NCBI GenBank assembly: GCA_964355545.1
Contig: CAYHEK010000002.1
Span: 1 to 47,999, forward strand
DNA from: an uncultured Thermotogae bacterium
Lineage (GTDB): Bacteria > Bipolaricaulota > Bipolaricaulia > UBA7950 > UBA9294
Length of the DNA: 47,999 nt
Direction: 5' to 3'
Below, in pieces: positions 1 through 11,094 of this stretch. Under the pieces are notes generated by a model. It was not told the DNA's origin, did not search any database, and saw only the letters and a program-made list of their open reading frames with translations. Made by a program: the position numbers and the translations under genes. The stretch's first letter is position 1, and the number at the start of each line of letters is the position of its first letter.

Positions 1-407
1 TTGACGATGGAGGAGGAGAGGAAGCTGTACTGCCCCGCGGTCATGAAGAAGACCGTCTCGATGTCCGCGTTTAAGTCGCGGTTCGTGAGGGCCATCTGGA
101 ACTCGTAGTCGAAGTCGGAATTGGCGCGCAGGCCGCGCACGATCGCCTCGACCCCTTGTTCCTTCGCGCACTCGATCAGGAGGCCCTTGTAGCTTGTGAC
201 CTCGACACAGGAGAGGCCCTCTTCAGCCAGGGCCTCCTTGGTGATCTTGACCCGCTCCGCGAGCGAAAGGAGGGGGGTCTTGTTGGGGTTCGCCACGATC
301 GCGATCACGAGGCGGTCGAAGAGCTTCTTCGCCCGGCGGACGATGTCGATGTGGCCGTAGGTGATCGGGTCGAAGCTCCCTGGATAGATGGCACTCGCGA
401 TCGGCAT
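1..407 (-). CDS. coaD: Phosphopantetheine adenylyltransferase (3' end runs off the window)
   Basis: Not in the ORF track. Manual reverse-strand translation from ATG at 407 gives MPIASAIYPGSFDPITYGHIDIV...IVRGLRANSDFDYEFQMALTNRDLNADIETVFFMTAGQYSFLSSSIV, with the typical PPAT motifs. Confidence 0.95.
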   Translation of the reverse strand, partial: MPIASAIYPGSFDPITYGHIDIVRRAKKLFDRLVIAIVANPNKTPLLSLAERVKITKEALAEEGLSCVEVTSYKGLLIECAKEQGVEAIVRGLRANSDFDYEFQMALTNRDLNADIETVFFMTAGQYSFLSSSIV

Positions 408-476
408 ACGGGACGATCCTAGCTCAACTCGCTCGTTCTCGCAACGGCCGCGGCGACGTCCGGCCGCGCGGGCCGG

Positions 477-482
477 TATAAT
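477..482 (+). promoter_or_regulatory. -10 element (TATAAT) for the dehydrogenase-prpD-mutY unit
   Basis: Perfect TATAAT in the divergent coaD intergenic gap, followed by a GGAGG Shine-Dalgarno (SD) and ATG at 511. No clear -35. Confidence 0.55.
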
Positions 483-510
483 GGACGCTAACACCACGGA
501 GGGAGGGACG

Positions 511-1629
511 ATGGCCAAGTACAAGGTTGCCTGGCTTCCGGGGGACGGGGTCGGGGAGGAGGTCCTCGCCGCGGCGAGGCTCGTTCTGGATCGTGTCGAC
601 CTGGACGCGACCTACACCCGCGGCGACATCGGCTGGGAGTTCTGGAAGTCGGAGGGGAACGCCCTCCCGCAGCGGACGATCGACCTGTTGAAGTCGACCG
701 ACGTCTGTCTCTTCGGCGCGATCACCTCGAAGCCCAAGGACGAGGCGGCGGCGGAGCTTGACCCGAAGCTCCACGGAAAGGGGTTCGTCTACTCAAGCCC
801 GATCGTCGCCCTGCGGCAGCTCTTCAACCTGCACACGAACCTGCGGCCGTGCAAGGCGTACCCCGGGAACCCGCTCAACCTGTGGGACGACATCGACCTC
901 GTCGTCTTCCGCGAGAACACGGAGGACCTCTACGCGGGCGTGGAGTGGCACCCCGTGCCGGCCGAGGTCCGCCGCGCCCTGGAGACTCACCCCAAGATGA
1001 AGATGTTCAGCGGCGTGGCGAACGAGGACATGGCGATCTCGACGCGGATCATCACGCGCAAGGCCTGCCAGACGATCGTGCGCGACGCGTTCGAGTACGC
1101 GAAGGCGCACGGCTACAAGACGGTCACTGTGGTCGAGAAGGCGAACGTGATCCGTGAGACCTCCGGCCTCATGCTGCGCGAGGCGCGCGCCGTCGCGGCG
1201 GACTACCCGGGGATCGAGCTTTGGGAGAGAAACGTCGACGCGATGTGCATGTGGCTCGTCAAGAACCCCCAGGACTACGGCGTCCTCGTCTCGTCGAACC
1301 TGTTCGGGGACATCCTGTCCGACCTCGCCGCCCAGCTCGTCGGGGGACTCGGGTTCGCCTCGGCGGGGAACATCGGCGATCGCTACGCGATCTTCGAGCC
1401 CACGCACGGCTCGGCCCCCAAGTACGCCGGGCAGAACAAGGTGAACCCGATCGCCACGATCCGCGCGGCGAAGATGATGCTCGACTACCTGGGAGAGAAA
1501 GAGAAGGCGGACTCGATCGAGCGGGCCATCGCGCGGGTGATCGCCGAGGGCCGCGTGTGCACCTACGACATGGGCGGGAGCGCCACGACGAGCGGGATGG
1601 CCGAGGCGATCGCCGCGGCGATCGCCTAG
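511..1629 (+). CDS. Isocitrate/isopropylmalate (beta-decarboxylating) dehydrogenase family, homoisocitrate-dehydrogenase-like
   Basis: LPGDGVGEEV, FRENTEDLY, NLFGDILSDLAAQLVGGLG, FEPTHGSAPKYAG motifs. Start moved to ATG 511, which follows a GGAGGGAGG SD. Confidence 0.9.
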   Translation: MAKYKVAWLPGDGVGEEVLAAARLVLDRVDLDATYTRGDIGWEFWKSEGNALPQRTIDLLKSTDVCLFGAITSKPKDEAAAELDPKLHGKGFVYSSPIVALRQLFNLHTNLRPCKAYPGNPLNLWDDIDLVVFRENTEDLYAGVEWHPVPAEVRRALETHPKMKMFSGVANEDMAISTRIITRKACQTIVRDAFEYAKAHGYKTVTVVEKANVIRETSGLMLREARAVAADYPGIELWERNVDAMCMWLVKNPQDYGVLVSSNLFGDILSDLAAQLVGGLGFASAGNIGDRYAIFEPTHGSAPKYAGQNKVNPIATIRAAKMMLDYLGEKEKADSIERAIARVIAEGRVCTYDMGGSATTSGMAEAIAAAIA

Positions 1630-1638
1630 GAGGGGCGG

Positions 1639-3015
1639 ATGGACTCGATCAGTCGAGAGATGGCGCGCTTCGCGCGCTCCCTCTCCTACGAGGCAATCCC
1701 GGAAGCGGCGCGGCGGGAGGCGACGCGGTTCTTGCTCGACAGCGTCGGCTGCGGCCTGGCGGCCCTCGACCTTCCCGACATGCGGGCGGCGTACCGCTAC
1801 GTGCGCTCACTCGGCGGGAGGAGGCAGGCGACGATCATCGGCCACGGGACGCGGACGACCCTCCCGGACGCGGCGCTCATGAACGCCCTCCTCATTCGGG
1901 CCCTTGACTACAACGACATCTACTGGAAGCAGGACCCCTCTCACCCCTCCGACATCATCCCGGCGGCGCTTGCGGCCGGAGAAGAGCGGGGAGCGACGGG
2001 GAAGGACCTGATCGTCGGAATCGTGATCGCCTACGAGCTCGAGATGCGGATGTGCCTTGCGGCGAGCCCGGGCATCCGCGAGGTGGGGTGGCACCACGCG
2101 AGCCTCACTCAATTTGTGAGCCCGCTCGTCGCGGGGCGGATGCTCGGCCTCTCCGAGGACGAGATGGTCGCCGCGGTCGGGATCAGCGGCTCGAGCCACT
2201 TCACCCTCGGCGGGGTCGTCGCCGGGCACCTGACGAACATGAAGAACACGGCCGACCCCATGGCGACCGAGGCCGGCGTGCGCGCCGCCCTCCTCGCCCG
2301 GACGGGCTACACCGGGCCGGTCGAGGTCTTCGAGGGGAAGGAAGGGACCTTCGCCGTGATCAAGAACGTCACCTGGGACCAAAAGGCGTTCACGGACGGC
2401 CTGGGAGAGACGTTCCTCATCACGGAGTGCGGCTACAAGGCCTTCCCCACCGAGGCCCTCACCCACCAGCCGATCACGGCGACGATCGACCTCGTGAAGG
2501 AGAATCGGATCGACCCGCGCGAGGTCGAGCAGGTCCTCGTGAAGACGACGACGCGCGGGGCGGACATCCTCTCCGACCCGAGCAAGTACCAGCCGACGAC
2601 GAAGGAGACGGCCGACCATTCGCTCCCCTACGGGATCGCCGTCGCCGTGGCCAGGGGGCACGTCCTTCCCTCCGACTTCGAGGAGGCCGCGCTCAAGGAC
2701 CCGCTCGTGTGGGAGCTCCTTCCCAAGATCAAAGTGCTGGCCGATCCCGAGATCGACCGTCTCTTCCCCAAAGTGAAGCGGGCGATCGTCACGATCACGA
2801 CCAAGGGCGGCGCGACTCACACGAAACAGGAGGACTTCGCCAAAGGCCAGCCGGAGCGTCCGCTCTCCGACGAGGAGCTCGTCGCGAAGTTCCGCTCCAA
2901 TGCGGAAGCGGTCATGTCGAGGCGCCGCCAGGAACGGGTCGTGGAGAGGACCCTTGCCCTGGAGAAGGTGGACAGGGTGAGCGATTACATGCGCCTCCTC
3001 GTCCGCGACCGCTGA
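1639..3015 (+). CDS. prpD: MmgE/PrpD family dehydratase (2-methylcitrate dehydratase-like)
   Basis: RALDYND...SHPSD motif and ETADHSLPY; AGGAGG SD; 9 nt after the upstream stop. Confidence 0.88.
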   Translation: MDSISREMARFARSLSYEAIPEAARREATRFLLDSVGCGLAALDLPDMRAAYRYVRSLGGRRQATIIGHGTRTTLPDAALMNALLIRALDYNDIYWKQDPSHPSDIIPAALAAGEERGATGKDLIVGIVIAYELEMRMCLAASPGIREVGWHHASLTQFVSPLVAGRMLGLSEDEMVAAVGISGSSHFTLGGVVAGHLTNMKNTADPMATEAGVRAALLARTGYTGPVEVFEGKEGTFAVIKNVTWDQKAFTDGLGETFLITECGYKAFPTEALTHQPITATIDLVKENRIDPREVEQVLVKTTTRGADILSDPSKYQPTTKETADHSLPYGIAVAVARGHVLPSDFEEAALKDPLVWELLPKIKVLADPEIDRLFPKVKRAIVTITTKGGATHTKQEDFAKGQPERPLSDEELVAKFRSNAEAVMSRRRQERVVERTLALEKVDRVSDYMRLLVRDR

Positions 3016-3037
3016 GCGAGCCAGCCGCGAGAGGCCC

Positions 3038-4144
3038 TTGCACCCCTCCCCCCCGGCAGTTCGGGCGATCCAACGGGCGCTCCTTTCCTGGTACGAGGCG
3101 CATCGTCGTGACCTCCCTTGGCGGCGGGCGGAGGACCCCTACGCGATCTGGATCTGTGAGGTCATGCTCCAGCAGACGCAGGTCGCGACCGCGACGCCCT
3201 TCTACGAGCGCTTCCTCGCGCGATTCCCGGATGTCCGGACGCTCGCGCAGGCGTCGCTCGACGAGGTCCTGAAGGCGTGGGAGGGGCTCGGCTACTACGC
3301 GCGGGCGAGGAACCTCCATCGGGCGGCGCAAGAGGTCGTGACGGCGCACGGGGGCAGGCTTCCCGACTCGTACGAGGGGTTGTTGGCCCTCCCCGGGATC
3401 GGCCGCTACACGGCGGGGGCGATCGCGAGCATCGCCTTCGGCCGCGACGAGCCGGTCCTAGACGGGAACGTCGTCCGCGTCCTCTCTCGACTCTTCGCCG
3501 TGGAGGAAGACCCGCAGAGGACCAAGGTCCGGAGCATGTTATGGGACCTCGCGACCACCCTCCTTCCTGCGGGGAAGGCGAGCCGGTTTAATCAGGCCCT
3601 GATGGACCTCGGCGCGACCCTGTGCACCCCGCGGGCTCCGCGGTGCCCGTCCTGTCCGCTCGCTCGTCTCTGCGAGGCCAAGCGCCTCAGCCGGCAGGAC
3701 GAGTTCCCAAGACCGAGGAAGAAGAAGACCATCCCCCACATCGAGGTCGCGGCGGGCCTCGTGTGGGATCGTCCCCGCTCCTCGCGAGGGGCGAGGCTCC
3801 TCATCACGAAGCGAAGAGAAGACGACATGCTGGGGGGCCTGTGGGAGTTCCCGGGCGGGCGGAGGGAGGACGGAGAGACGCTCGAGGAGTGCCTCGCGCG
3901 GGAACTTGCGGAGGAACTAGGGATCGAGGTGGAGATCGAAGCGCCCTTCCTGACCGTGAAGCACGCCTACTCGCACTTTCGCATCACCCTTACGACCTTC
4001 CACTGCCTCCACACAGCGGGGGAGCCTCGGGCGATCGGCTGCGCGGAGTGGCGGTGGGCCGCGCCCAGAGACCTCGACCGCTACGCCTTCGCCCGCGCCG
4101 ACCGGCGGATCATCGCTGCGCTGTCGCTAGGGAGTGGCTCCTAA
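3038..4144 (+). CDS. mutY: A/G-specific adenine glycosylase with C-terminal Nudix domain
   Basis: RRDLPWR, EVMLQQTQV, WEGLGYYARARNL, HhH LPGIGRYTAGAI, LDGNVVRV, and Fe-S motif CTPRAPRCPSCPLARLC. Confidence 0.95.
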   Translation: MHPSPPAVRAIQRALLSWYEAHRRDLPWRRAEDPYAIWICEVMLQQTQVATATPFYERFLARFPDVRTLAQASLDEVLKAWEGLGYYARARNLHRAAQEVVTAHGGRLPDSYEGLLALPGIGRYTAGAIASIAFGRDEPVLDGNVVRVLSRLFAVEEDPQRTKVRSMLWDLATTLLPAGKASRFNQALMDLGATLCTPRAPRCPSCPLARLCEAKRLSRQDEFPRPRKKKTIPHIEVAAGLVWDRPRSSRGARLLITKRREDDMLGGLWEFPGGRREDGETLEECLARELAEELGIEVEIEAPFLTVKHAYSHFRITLTTFHCLHTAGEPRAIGCAEWRWAAPRDLDRYAFARADRRIIAALSLGSGS

Positions 4145-4743
4145 AACCTGATCTCAATGCCGATTCCACCGCTCAGGAGCCCGCCCCAGGAGTCCACCTC
4201 GATGAGGAGGCGGACGTTCGGGGAGAGGACGAGGTACAGCCCACCAGCGAATTGGTGGATGAGGTCGAGTTCTCCCCCGCCAAGCGGCAGAAGGGGCCGG
4301 TACACGAAGTAGATTGGGAGGAAGGGGATGGTGCTATCGAAGTAGACCGACCCTTCGAGGCCCCAACCGAACGTGCCGCTACTGTTGCCCCCGCCCAGTC
4401 CGAGCGCGAGGGCGAAGCTGTCCGGTTGGTCAAACAAGGTGACTTTGAGGTCGCCCACCGCCCCGAGAAAGCCCACGTCTCCAGTGGACAGGTTGACCAT
4501 CGCGCCGCTCCGCAGTCCGAGCTCAAGGTTGTCGGTGAGTCCAACGGCGACGCGTCCCTGCGGAGTGATGCGCCAGCCTTCGGCGCTGTCAAAGAGATTC
4601 ATAGCGGCCATGGCGATGGTGATGGCCGCCCTCCCCTTTCCCACCGATCGCGCGGTCTCGAAGACGTTGAAGAAGCAGCCTGTCAAGAGAAGGAGTGTGA
4701 GGAGCAGCGCGATTGCCGTAATGGCTCGTGCTCTTACCTTCAT
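4141..4743 (-). CDS. Hypothetical exported protein, lipobox plus beta-barrel-like outer-membrane features
   Basis: Signal peptide with LLLTG-C, alternating Gly/hydrophobic strands and C-terminal IEIRF. Start placed at ATG 4743. Confidence 0.6.
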   Translation of the reverse strand: MKVRARAITAIALLLTLLLLTGCFFNVFETARSVGKGRAAITIAMAAMNLFDSAEGWRITPQGRVAVGLTDNLELGLRSGAMVNLSTGDVGFLGAVGDLKVTLFDQPDSFALALGLGGGNSSGTFGWGLEGSVYFDSTIPFLPIYFVYRPLLPLGGGELDLIHQFAGGLYLVLSPNVRLLIEVDSWGGLLSGGIGIEIRF

Positions 4744-4899
4744 GATCGACCACCCCGTTGCGTTTGAGAGATCGCGGCTCACTCTGTGCCATGAACGGAC
4801 GGCCTGTCAAGTCCTGCGCCTTGTCCGAGGCTGGGGCAGAGTTGACTTGCCCGGCCGGTTCTGGAAAGATCTCGCCTCAAGAGAAAGGGGGTATCGGGA

Positions 4900-5772
4900 T
4901 TGAAGAGGGCGTGGATCTTTTGGTTCCTTTTTGTTCTGGTCTTCGTTGTGGTTTCGTCTGCGGCGCAGGTCGATGAGATGATCCGGGCGGCCGACGCTGC
5001 TTTCAACCCGCAGGAAGAGGGGTTTGACTTCGAGGCGTACGAGGGGAGGCTGCGGGAGGCGATCGCGGCCTACGAGGCGGCCCTCCCTCTCCTGCCGGAG
5101 GACTCGCTCCAAACGCGCTCTTACGTCCTCAATCGCCTGGCGGAGGCTTGTTTTGAACTCGCGACCGCCTACTTGAGCGACCGCGACGACGAGGAGAAGA
5201 TCTTCGGCGCGGGGACAGACTATGCGCTCACGAGCCTCCGCCTCGACCCAGACTTCGGCCGCGTGGAGGCAGAAAGCGGGTTCCGCGCCGCGCTCCGCGC
5301 GGCGAAGGACGTCGCCGCGATCTTCTGGTACGGGAACAACCTCGGCCGCTACATCGAGTTTCATCTACTCACGGCGCTCACAGGAGGGATGAAGGACGCG
5401 GAGGCCTCCTTCCTTCGGGCGATCGAGCTCGACGAGGCCTATCTCGCCGGAGGCCCGTGGCGAGCGCTCGGGTCGTACCTCGCCCAGGTGCCGGCCATCC
5501 TCGGCGGGGACCTGGAACGGGCCGGGGAGGCGTTTCGCCGCGCGATCGAGCTCGGCCCGGACTACCTCGAGAACTACCTGAACTACGCGGAGTACTACGC
5601 CAAGGGAAAGAAGGACTGGACCATCTTCTGTCAGGAGGTCAAAACGGCCCTGACCCTGGCGCAGGATAAGTCCATCATGGGGCGCTGGCCGCTCTACAAT
5701 GCCCTTGCCGTGCGGCGAGCCGAGGGGCTCTCGCTCCTCGAGGTGGAGGGGAAGCCGGTCTGTCCGAAGTGA
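4900..5772 (+). CDS. Secreted TPR protein, TRAP-transporter TatT-component-like
   Basis: Signal peptide; helical repeats FLRAIELDEAYLAGG and FRRAIELGPDY; P-x-x-x-GGD-x-x-RA pattern typical of TatT-like proteins. Confidence 0.6.
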   Translation: MKRAWIFWFLFVLVFVVVSSAAQVDEMIRAADAAFNPQEEGFDFEAYEGRLREAIAAYEAALPLLPEDSLQTRSYVLNRLAEACFELATAYLSDRDDEEKIFGAGTDYALTSLRLDPDFGRVEAESGFRAALRAAKDVAAIFWYGNNLGRYIEFHLLTALTGGMKDAEASFLRAIELDEAYLAGGPWRALGSYLAQVPAILGGDLERAGEAFRRAIELGPDYLENYLNYAEYYAKGKKDWTIFCQEVKTALTLAQDKSIMGRWPLYNALAVRRAEGLSLLEVEGKPVCPK

Positions 5773-5795
5773 AGACCGCGATCCCCCGTTGGGGC

Positions 5796-5824
5796 TTGAG
5801 AATCGGGAAGAGCATTCCTAAACT
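5796..5824 (+). promoter_or_regulatory. sigma70-type promoter for the AOR gene
   Basis: TTGAGA-17 nt-TAAACT upstream of an AAGGAGG SD and ATG 5884. Confidence 0.6.
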
Positions 5825-5883
5825 CCAGTCCGCGGCGGACGGTTGTCCGTCGGTTCGCGAGAAGGATCTCTAAGGAGGACGCG

Positions 5884-8046
5884 ATGGGGAAGCGCGCGGG
5901 GTATCGGATCCTGTTTGAAATGGCGTACCCGCCGATCCCGGTGGAGCGCGGCTACACGGGTCAGACGCTGTACGTTCACCTTGGCACGGGGAAGATCGAG
6001 AGCCGGCCGGTGACACCGATGATGAAAGAGGTCTTCGTCGGCGGGCGAGGGTTCGGCCTGTGGCGCCTGTGGAACGCGGTCACGGCGAAGACGACCTGGG
6101 ACGATCCGGAAAACGAGATCGTGATTTCGCCCGGGCCGATCGGCGGGATCACGACCTACCCCGGCACAGGGAAGTCGCTTGTCGTCAGCCTCTCGCCTAC
6201 GACGGGGAGCGTGATCGATTCAAACGTCGGCGGCTACTTTGGGCCCTACCTCAAGCTTGCGGGCTGGGATGCCCTCGAGATCCAGGGGAAGGCAAAAAGC
6301 GACGTCATTCTCTTCATCGACGGCGACGCGGGGCGCGTGGAGGTCCTCGAGTGTCCGGAGAAGGACCCAAACACCCACATCCTCTCGGAGAGGCTGACGC
6401 GCGCCTTCGCCGACTCCGAGGAGCCGCGGGACCTCGTCGCCGTCTCGACCGTGACCGCGGGGACGGGTGCCGCGCACACGCGCCTGGGCTGCCTTAACTT
6501 CAGCTTCTACGACACAAGGCGCAAGGCGGCGCGCGTCAAGCAGGCGGGCCGGGGCGGGATCGGGACGGTCTTCCGCGACAAGGGACTCGCGGCGCTTGTC
6601 GTAAAGCGATCCGGCCTGCGCGCGGATTCCATGGGTCCGGCGGACCTTGAGCGCCTGCGGCGGGCAGGGGAGCGGATCAACAAGGAGATCCTGGAACTCG
6701 ACGCGGCGCAGAACGACATGCGAAGCGTGGGGACCGCAAACCTCGTCGAGGTGATGGACGAGTTCGATCTCCTCCCGGTTCACAACTACCGCTTTGGCTC
6801 GCACCCCGACGCGACGAAGATCGCCTCGTCGGTCTGGCGGGAGCGCTTCACGCAGGGGGTCCCGGACGGGTGTTGGTTTGGCTGCACGATGTCCTGCTCG
6901 CACGCCGTGGACCGCTTCACCCTGAGGGCCGGCCCGTACCAGGGCGAGACGGTGATGGTCGACGGTCCGGAGTACGAGACGGTCGCTGGGTGCGCGAACA
7001 TGGGGATCTTCGACCCGGACTTCGTCCTGGAGATGAACTTCTACTGCGACACCTACGGGATCGACACCATCTCCTTCACCACCGCGACCGCCTTCGCCAT
7101 GGAGTGCTACGAGGCGGGGATCTTGAACGTGAAGAGGACGGGAGGGCTCGACCTCCGTTTCGGGAGCGCGCAGGCGACGCTTGAGCTCTTGCACCAGATG
7201 GGGCGAGGGGAGGGGTTCGGGATCGTGGTCGGGCAGGGGATCCGGCGGATGAAGGAGATCTTCGCCCGCGAGCACGGGGCCGATCCGGCCTTCCTTGAGA
7301 GCATCGGGATGGAGTGCAAGGGCCTCGAGTACTCCGAGTACGTGACGAAGGAGTCGCTCGCCATGCAGGGCGGCTACGGCCTCGCGAACAAGGGCCCGCA
7401 GCACGACGAGGCGTGGCTTATCTTCATGGACATGGTGAACAACCAGATCCCCACGTTCAAGGACAAGGCGGAGGCCCTCCATTACTTCCCCATGTGGCGG
7501 ACCTGGTTCGGTCTCGTGGGGCTGTGCAAGCTCCCCTGGAACGACATCGAACCCTCCGACAACCGGACGCGCCACAGCGGAATCGAGGCGGCGAAGGTCC
7601 CGGAGCACGTCCACAACTACTGCGACCTCTTCTCCGGGGTCACCGGGATCGAGGTCGTCCCTCAGGACCTCATCCTCCAGTCGGAGCGGGTGTACAACTT
7701 CCAGCGCGCCTTCAACCTGCGGATGGGGTTCGGGCGACGCGAGCAGGATCGGATCCCCTACCGCTCCGCCGGTCCGGTGACCGAGGAGGAGTACGCCTCG
7801 CGCGCAGAGCGCTACGACAAGCAGCTCAAAGAGAAGGTCGGGATCGACCCGCAGGGGATGTCCACCGCGGAGAAGGTGCAGGCGCTGCGAGAGTTCCGCG
7901 AGGCGGAGTATGAGAAGCTCTGCGACGCGGTCTACGAGCGCCGCGGCTGGACGAGGGACGGCGTCCCCACGCTTGCGACCCTGAAGCGCCTGGGGATCGA
8001 CTTCCCGGACGTGGTCGAGGTCGTGCGGCCTTACCAGAAAGACTAG
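5884..8046 (+). CDS. Aldehyde:ferredoxin oxidoreductase family (W/Mo-pterin, 4Fe-4S)
   Basis: FVGGRGFG, SNVGGYFGPYLKLAGWDA, AGRGGIG, CWFGCTMSC, GPEYET, CDTYGIDTIS, GLCK; 720 aa. Confidence 0.9.
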   Translation: MGKRAGYRILFEMAYPPIPVERGYTGQTLYVHLGTGKIESRPVTPMMKEVFVGGRGFGLWRLWNAVTAKTTWDDPENEIVISPGPIGGITTYPGTGKSLVVSLSPTTGSVIDSNVGGYFGPYLKLAGWDALEIQGKAKSDVILFIDGDAGRVEVLECPEKDPNTHILSERLTRAFADSEEPRDLVAVSTVTAGTGAAHTRLGCLNFSFYDTRRKAARVKQAGRGGIGTVFRDKGLAALVVKRSGLRADSMGPADLERLRRAGERINKEILELDAAQNDMRSVGTANLVEVMDEFDLLPVHNYRFGSHPDATKIASSVWRERFTQGVPDGCWFGCTMSCSHAVDRFTLRAGPYQGETVMVDGPEYETVAGCANMGIFDPDFVLEMNFYCDTYGIDTISFTTATAFAMECYEAGILNVKRTGGLDLRFGSAQATLELLHQMGRGEGFGIVVGQGIRRMKEIFAREHGADPAFLESIGMECKGLEYSEYVTKESLAMQGGYGLANKGPQHDEAWLIFMDMVNNQIPTFKDKAEALHYFPMWRTWFGLVGLCKLPWNDIEPSDNRTRHSGIEAAKVPEHVHNYCDLFSGVTGIEVVPQDLILQSERVYNFQRAFNLRMGFGRREQDRIPYRSAGPVTEEEYASRAERYDKQLKEKVGIDPQGMSTAEKVQALREFREAEYEKLCDAVYERRGWTRDGVPTLATLKRLGIDFPDVVEVVRPYQKD

Positions 8047-8102
8047 ACCTGGTCGCAGCCTCCGCCGCGCGAGTCATCAAAATGGAGAACGGTCCTCGCT
8101 GA

Positions 8103-10055
<1,953 letters not shown>

Positions 10056-10108
10056 TCCGGCGACCCTTGCTCGGGCCGCGAGAGGAGGATCGGGGCCAGG
10101 GAGGAAGG

Positions 10109-10561
10109 ATGAGGCGAGCGATCTGCGTACTTGGCCTGGTCTTCATTGTCACCTCTACCGCGGTTGCCGCACCCCTCACACTCGGGCTGGGGGCGGGGTT
10201 CGATCCGACCGGGATCTTTCTCATCAATGCGCTCACGGAGAGAGCGCTTTGGGAAGGGGCTGACCTGCGGGTGGAGGTGGGGCTCGCGAGCGGGAACCTG
10301 GTTGGGCTGATGCTCCTCTCCGGGAGCTTCCTCGTGCACCAACCGTTTTTGCCGCTCGATCCGTTCGCCGGCGTGGGCGGAGGCCTTGCGGTGACGCGGG
10401 TCCCCTCGATCGGCCTCACCCTGGAGGGGATCCTTGGGACGCGGATTCTCCTCTTCGAGCCGGTCGGAGCCCTCGTCCAGGTCCGCTACATCTTTCGTCT
10501 CTCTGCAAGCGGGCTCTCCGCCGGCCCGCTGTACGAGGCGGCTCTCCTCGTCTCGTTCTGA
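10109..10561 (+). CDS. Hypothetical exported small beta-barrel-like protein
   Basis: GGAGG SD, signal peptide (AVA-A), PFAGVGGG strand, C-terminal Phe. Confidence 0.6.
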   Translation: MRRAICVLGLVFIVTSTAVAAPLTLGLGAGFDPTGIFLINALTERALWEGADLRVEVGLASGNLVGLMLLSGSFLVHQPFLPLDPFAGVGGGLAVTRVPSIGLTLEGILGTRILLFEPVGALVQVRYIFRLSASGLSAGPLYEAALLVSF

Positions 10562-10569
10562 GCGGCGAG

Positions 10570-11094
10570 ATGCTCTACCTGGGGGTCGGTCTGGGGGCGC
10601 TGACCGCCCTGTGGCTCTTTTGGAACCTGACTCTGGACGCCCTGTGGCAGCCGACAGACCGGGTGACGGCGCGGCGGATCCTCTTCCTCGCCGGAGTGAG
10701 CGAGAAAGACCACGTCGTTGACCTTGGCTGCGGGGACGGCCGCTTCGTGGTCGTCGCGGCGCGGGACTTCGGAGCGCGCGCCACCGGGTACGAGATCGAT
10801 CTCTTCCGCGCCCTGTGGGGAAAGGCGTGGATCGCCCTGGGGGGGCTCTCCGCCCGAGCACGGGTCGTGTGGGGGAACATGTATCGGGCAGACCTCTCCG
10901 AGGCGGATGTAGCTATCCTCTTCCTCTCTGCGAGGGCGAACCTCAAGTTGGAGAGGAAGCTGCGGCGTGAGCTTCGGCTCGGGGCACGGGTGGTATCGTA
11001 CTTTCACCCGATCGTGGGATGGAGGCCAGATGAAATCGGTGTCTCTCGCGGCGGCCACCCTCTCTACCTTTACCAGATGCGGGAGGAAGGGTGA
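10570..11094 (+). CDS. Class I SAM-dependent methyltransferase with N-terminal membrane anchor
   Basis: VVDLGCGDGR motif I, GYEID motif II, RVVSY. Confidence 0.85.
   Translation: MLYLGVGLGALTALWLFWNLTLDALWQPTDRVTARRILFLAGVSEKDHVVDLGCGDGRFVVVAARDFGARATGYEIDLFRALWGKAWIALGGLSARARVVWGNMYRADLSEADVAILFLSARANLKLERKLRRELRLGARVVSYFHPIVGWRPDEIGVSRGGHPLYLYQMREEG

Noticed and set aside
5825-5883. Moco/tungsten-cofactor riboswitch ahead of AOR
   Set aside because: The leader is under 60 nt with a single hairpin, too short for the known multi-stem motif.
6220-7614. Long antisense and alternative-frame ORFs throughout the track (e.g. 6220-7614, 11070-12506, 33351-34610, 35572-36774, 27915-29282)
   Set aside because: Shadow ORFs expected from high GC3 codon usage. 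They overlap well-supported genes and show no motifs or SD.
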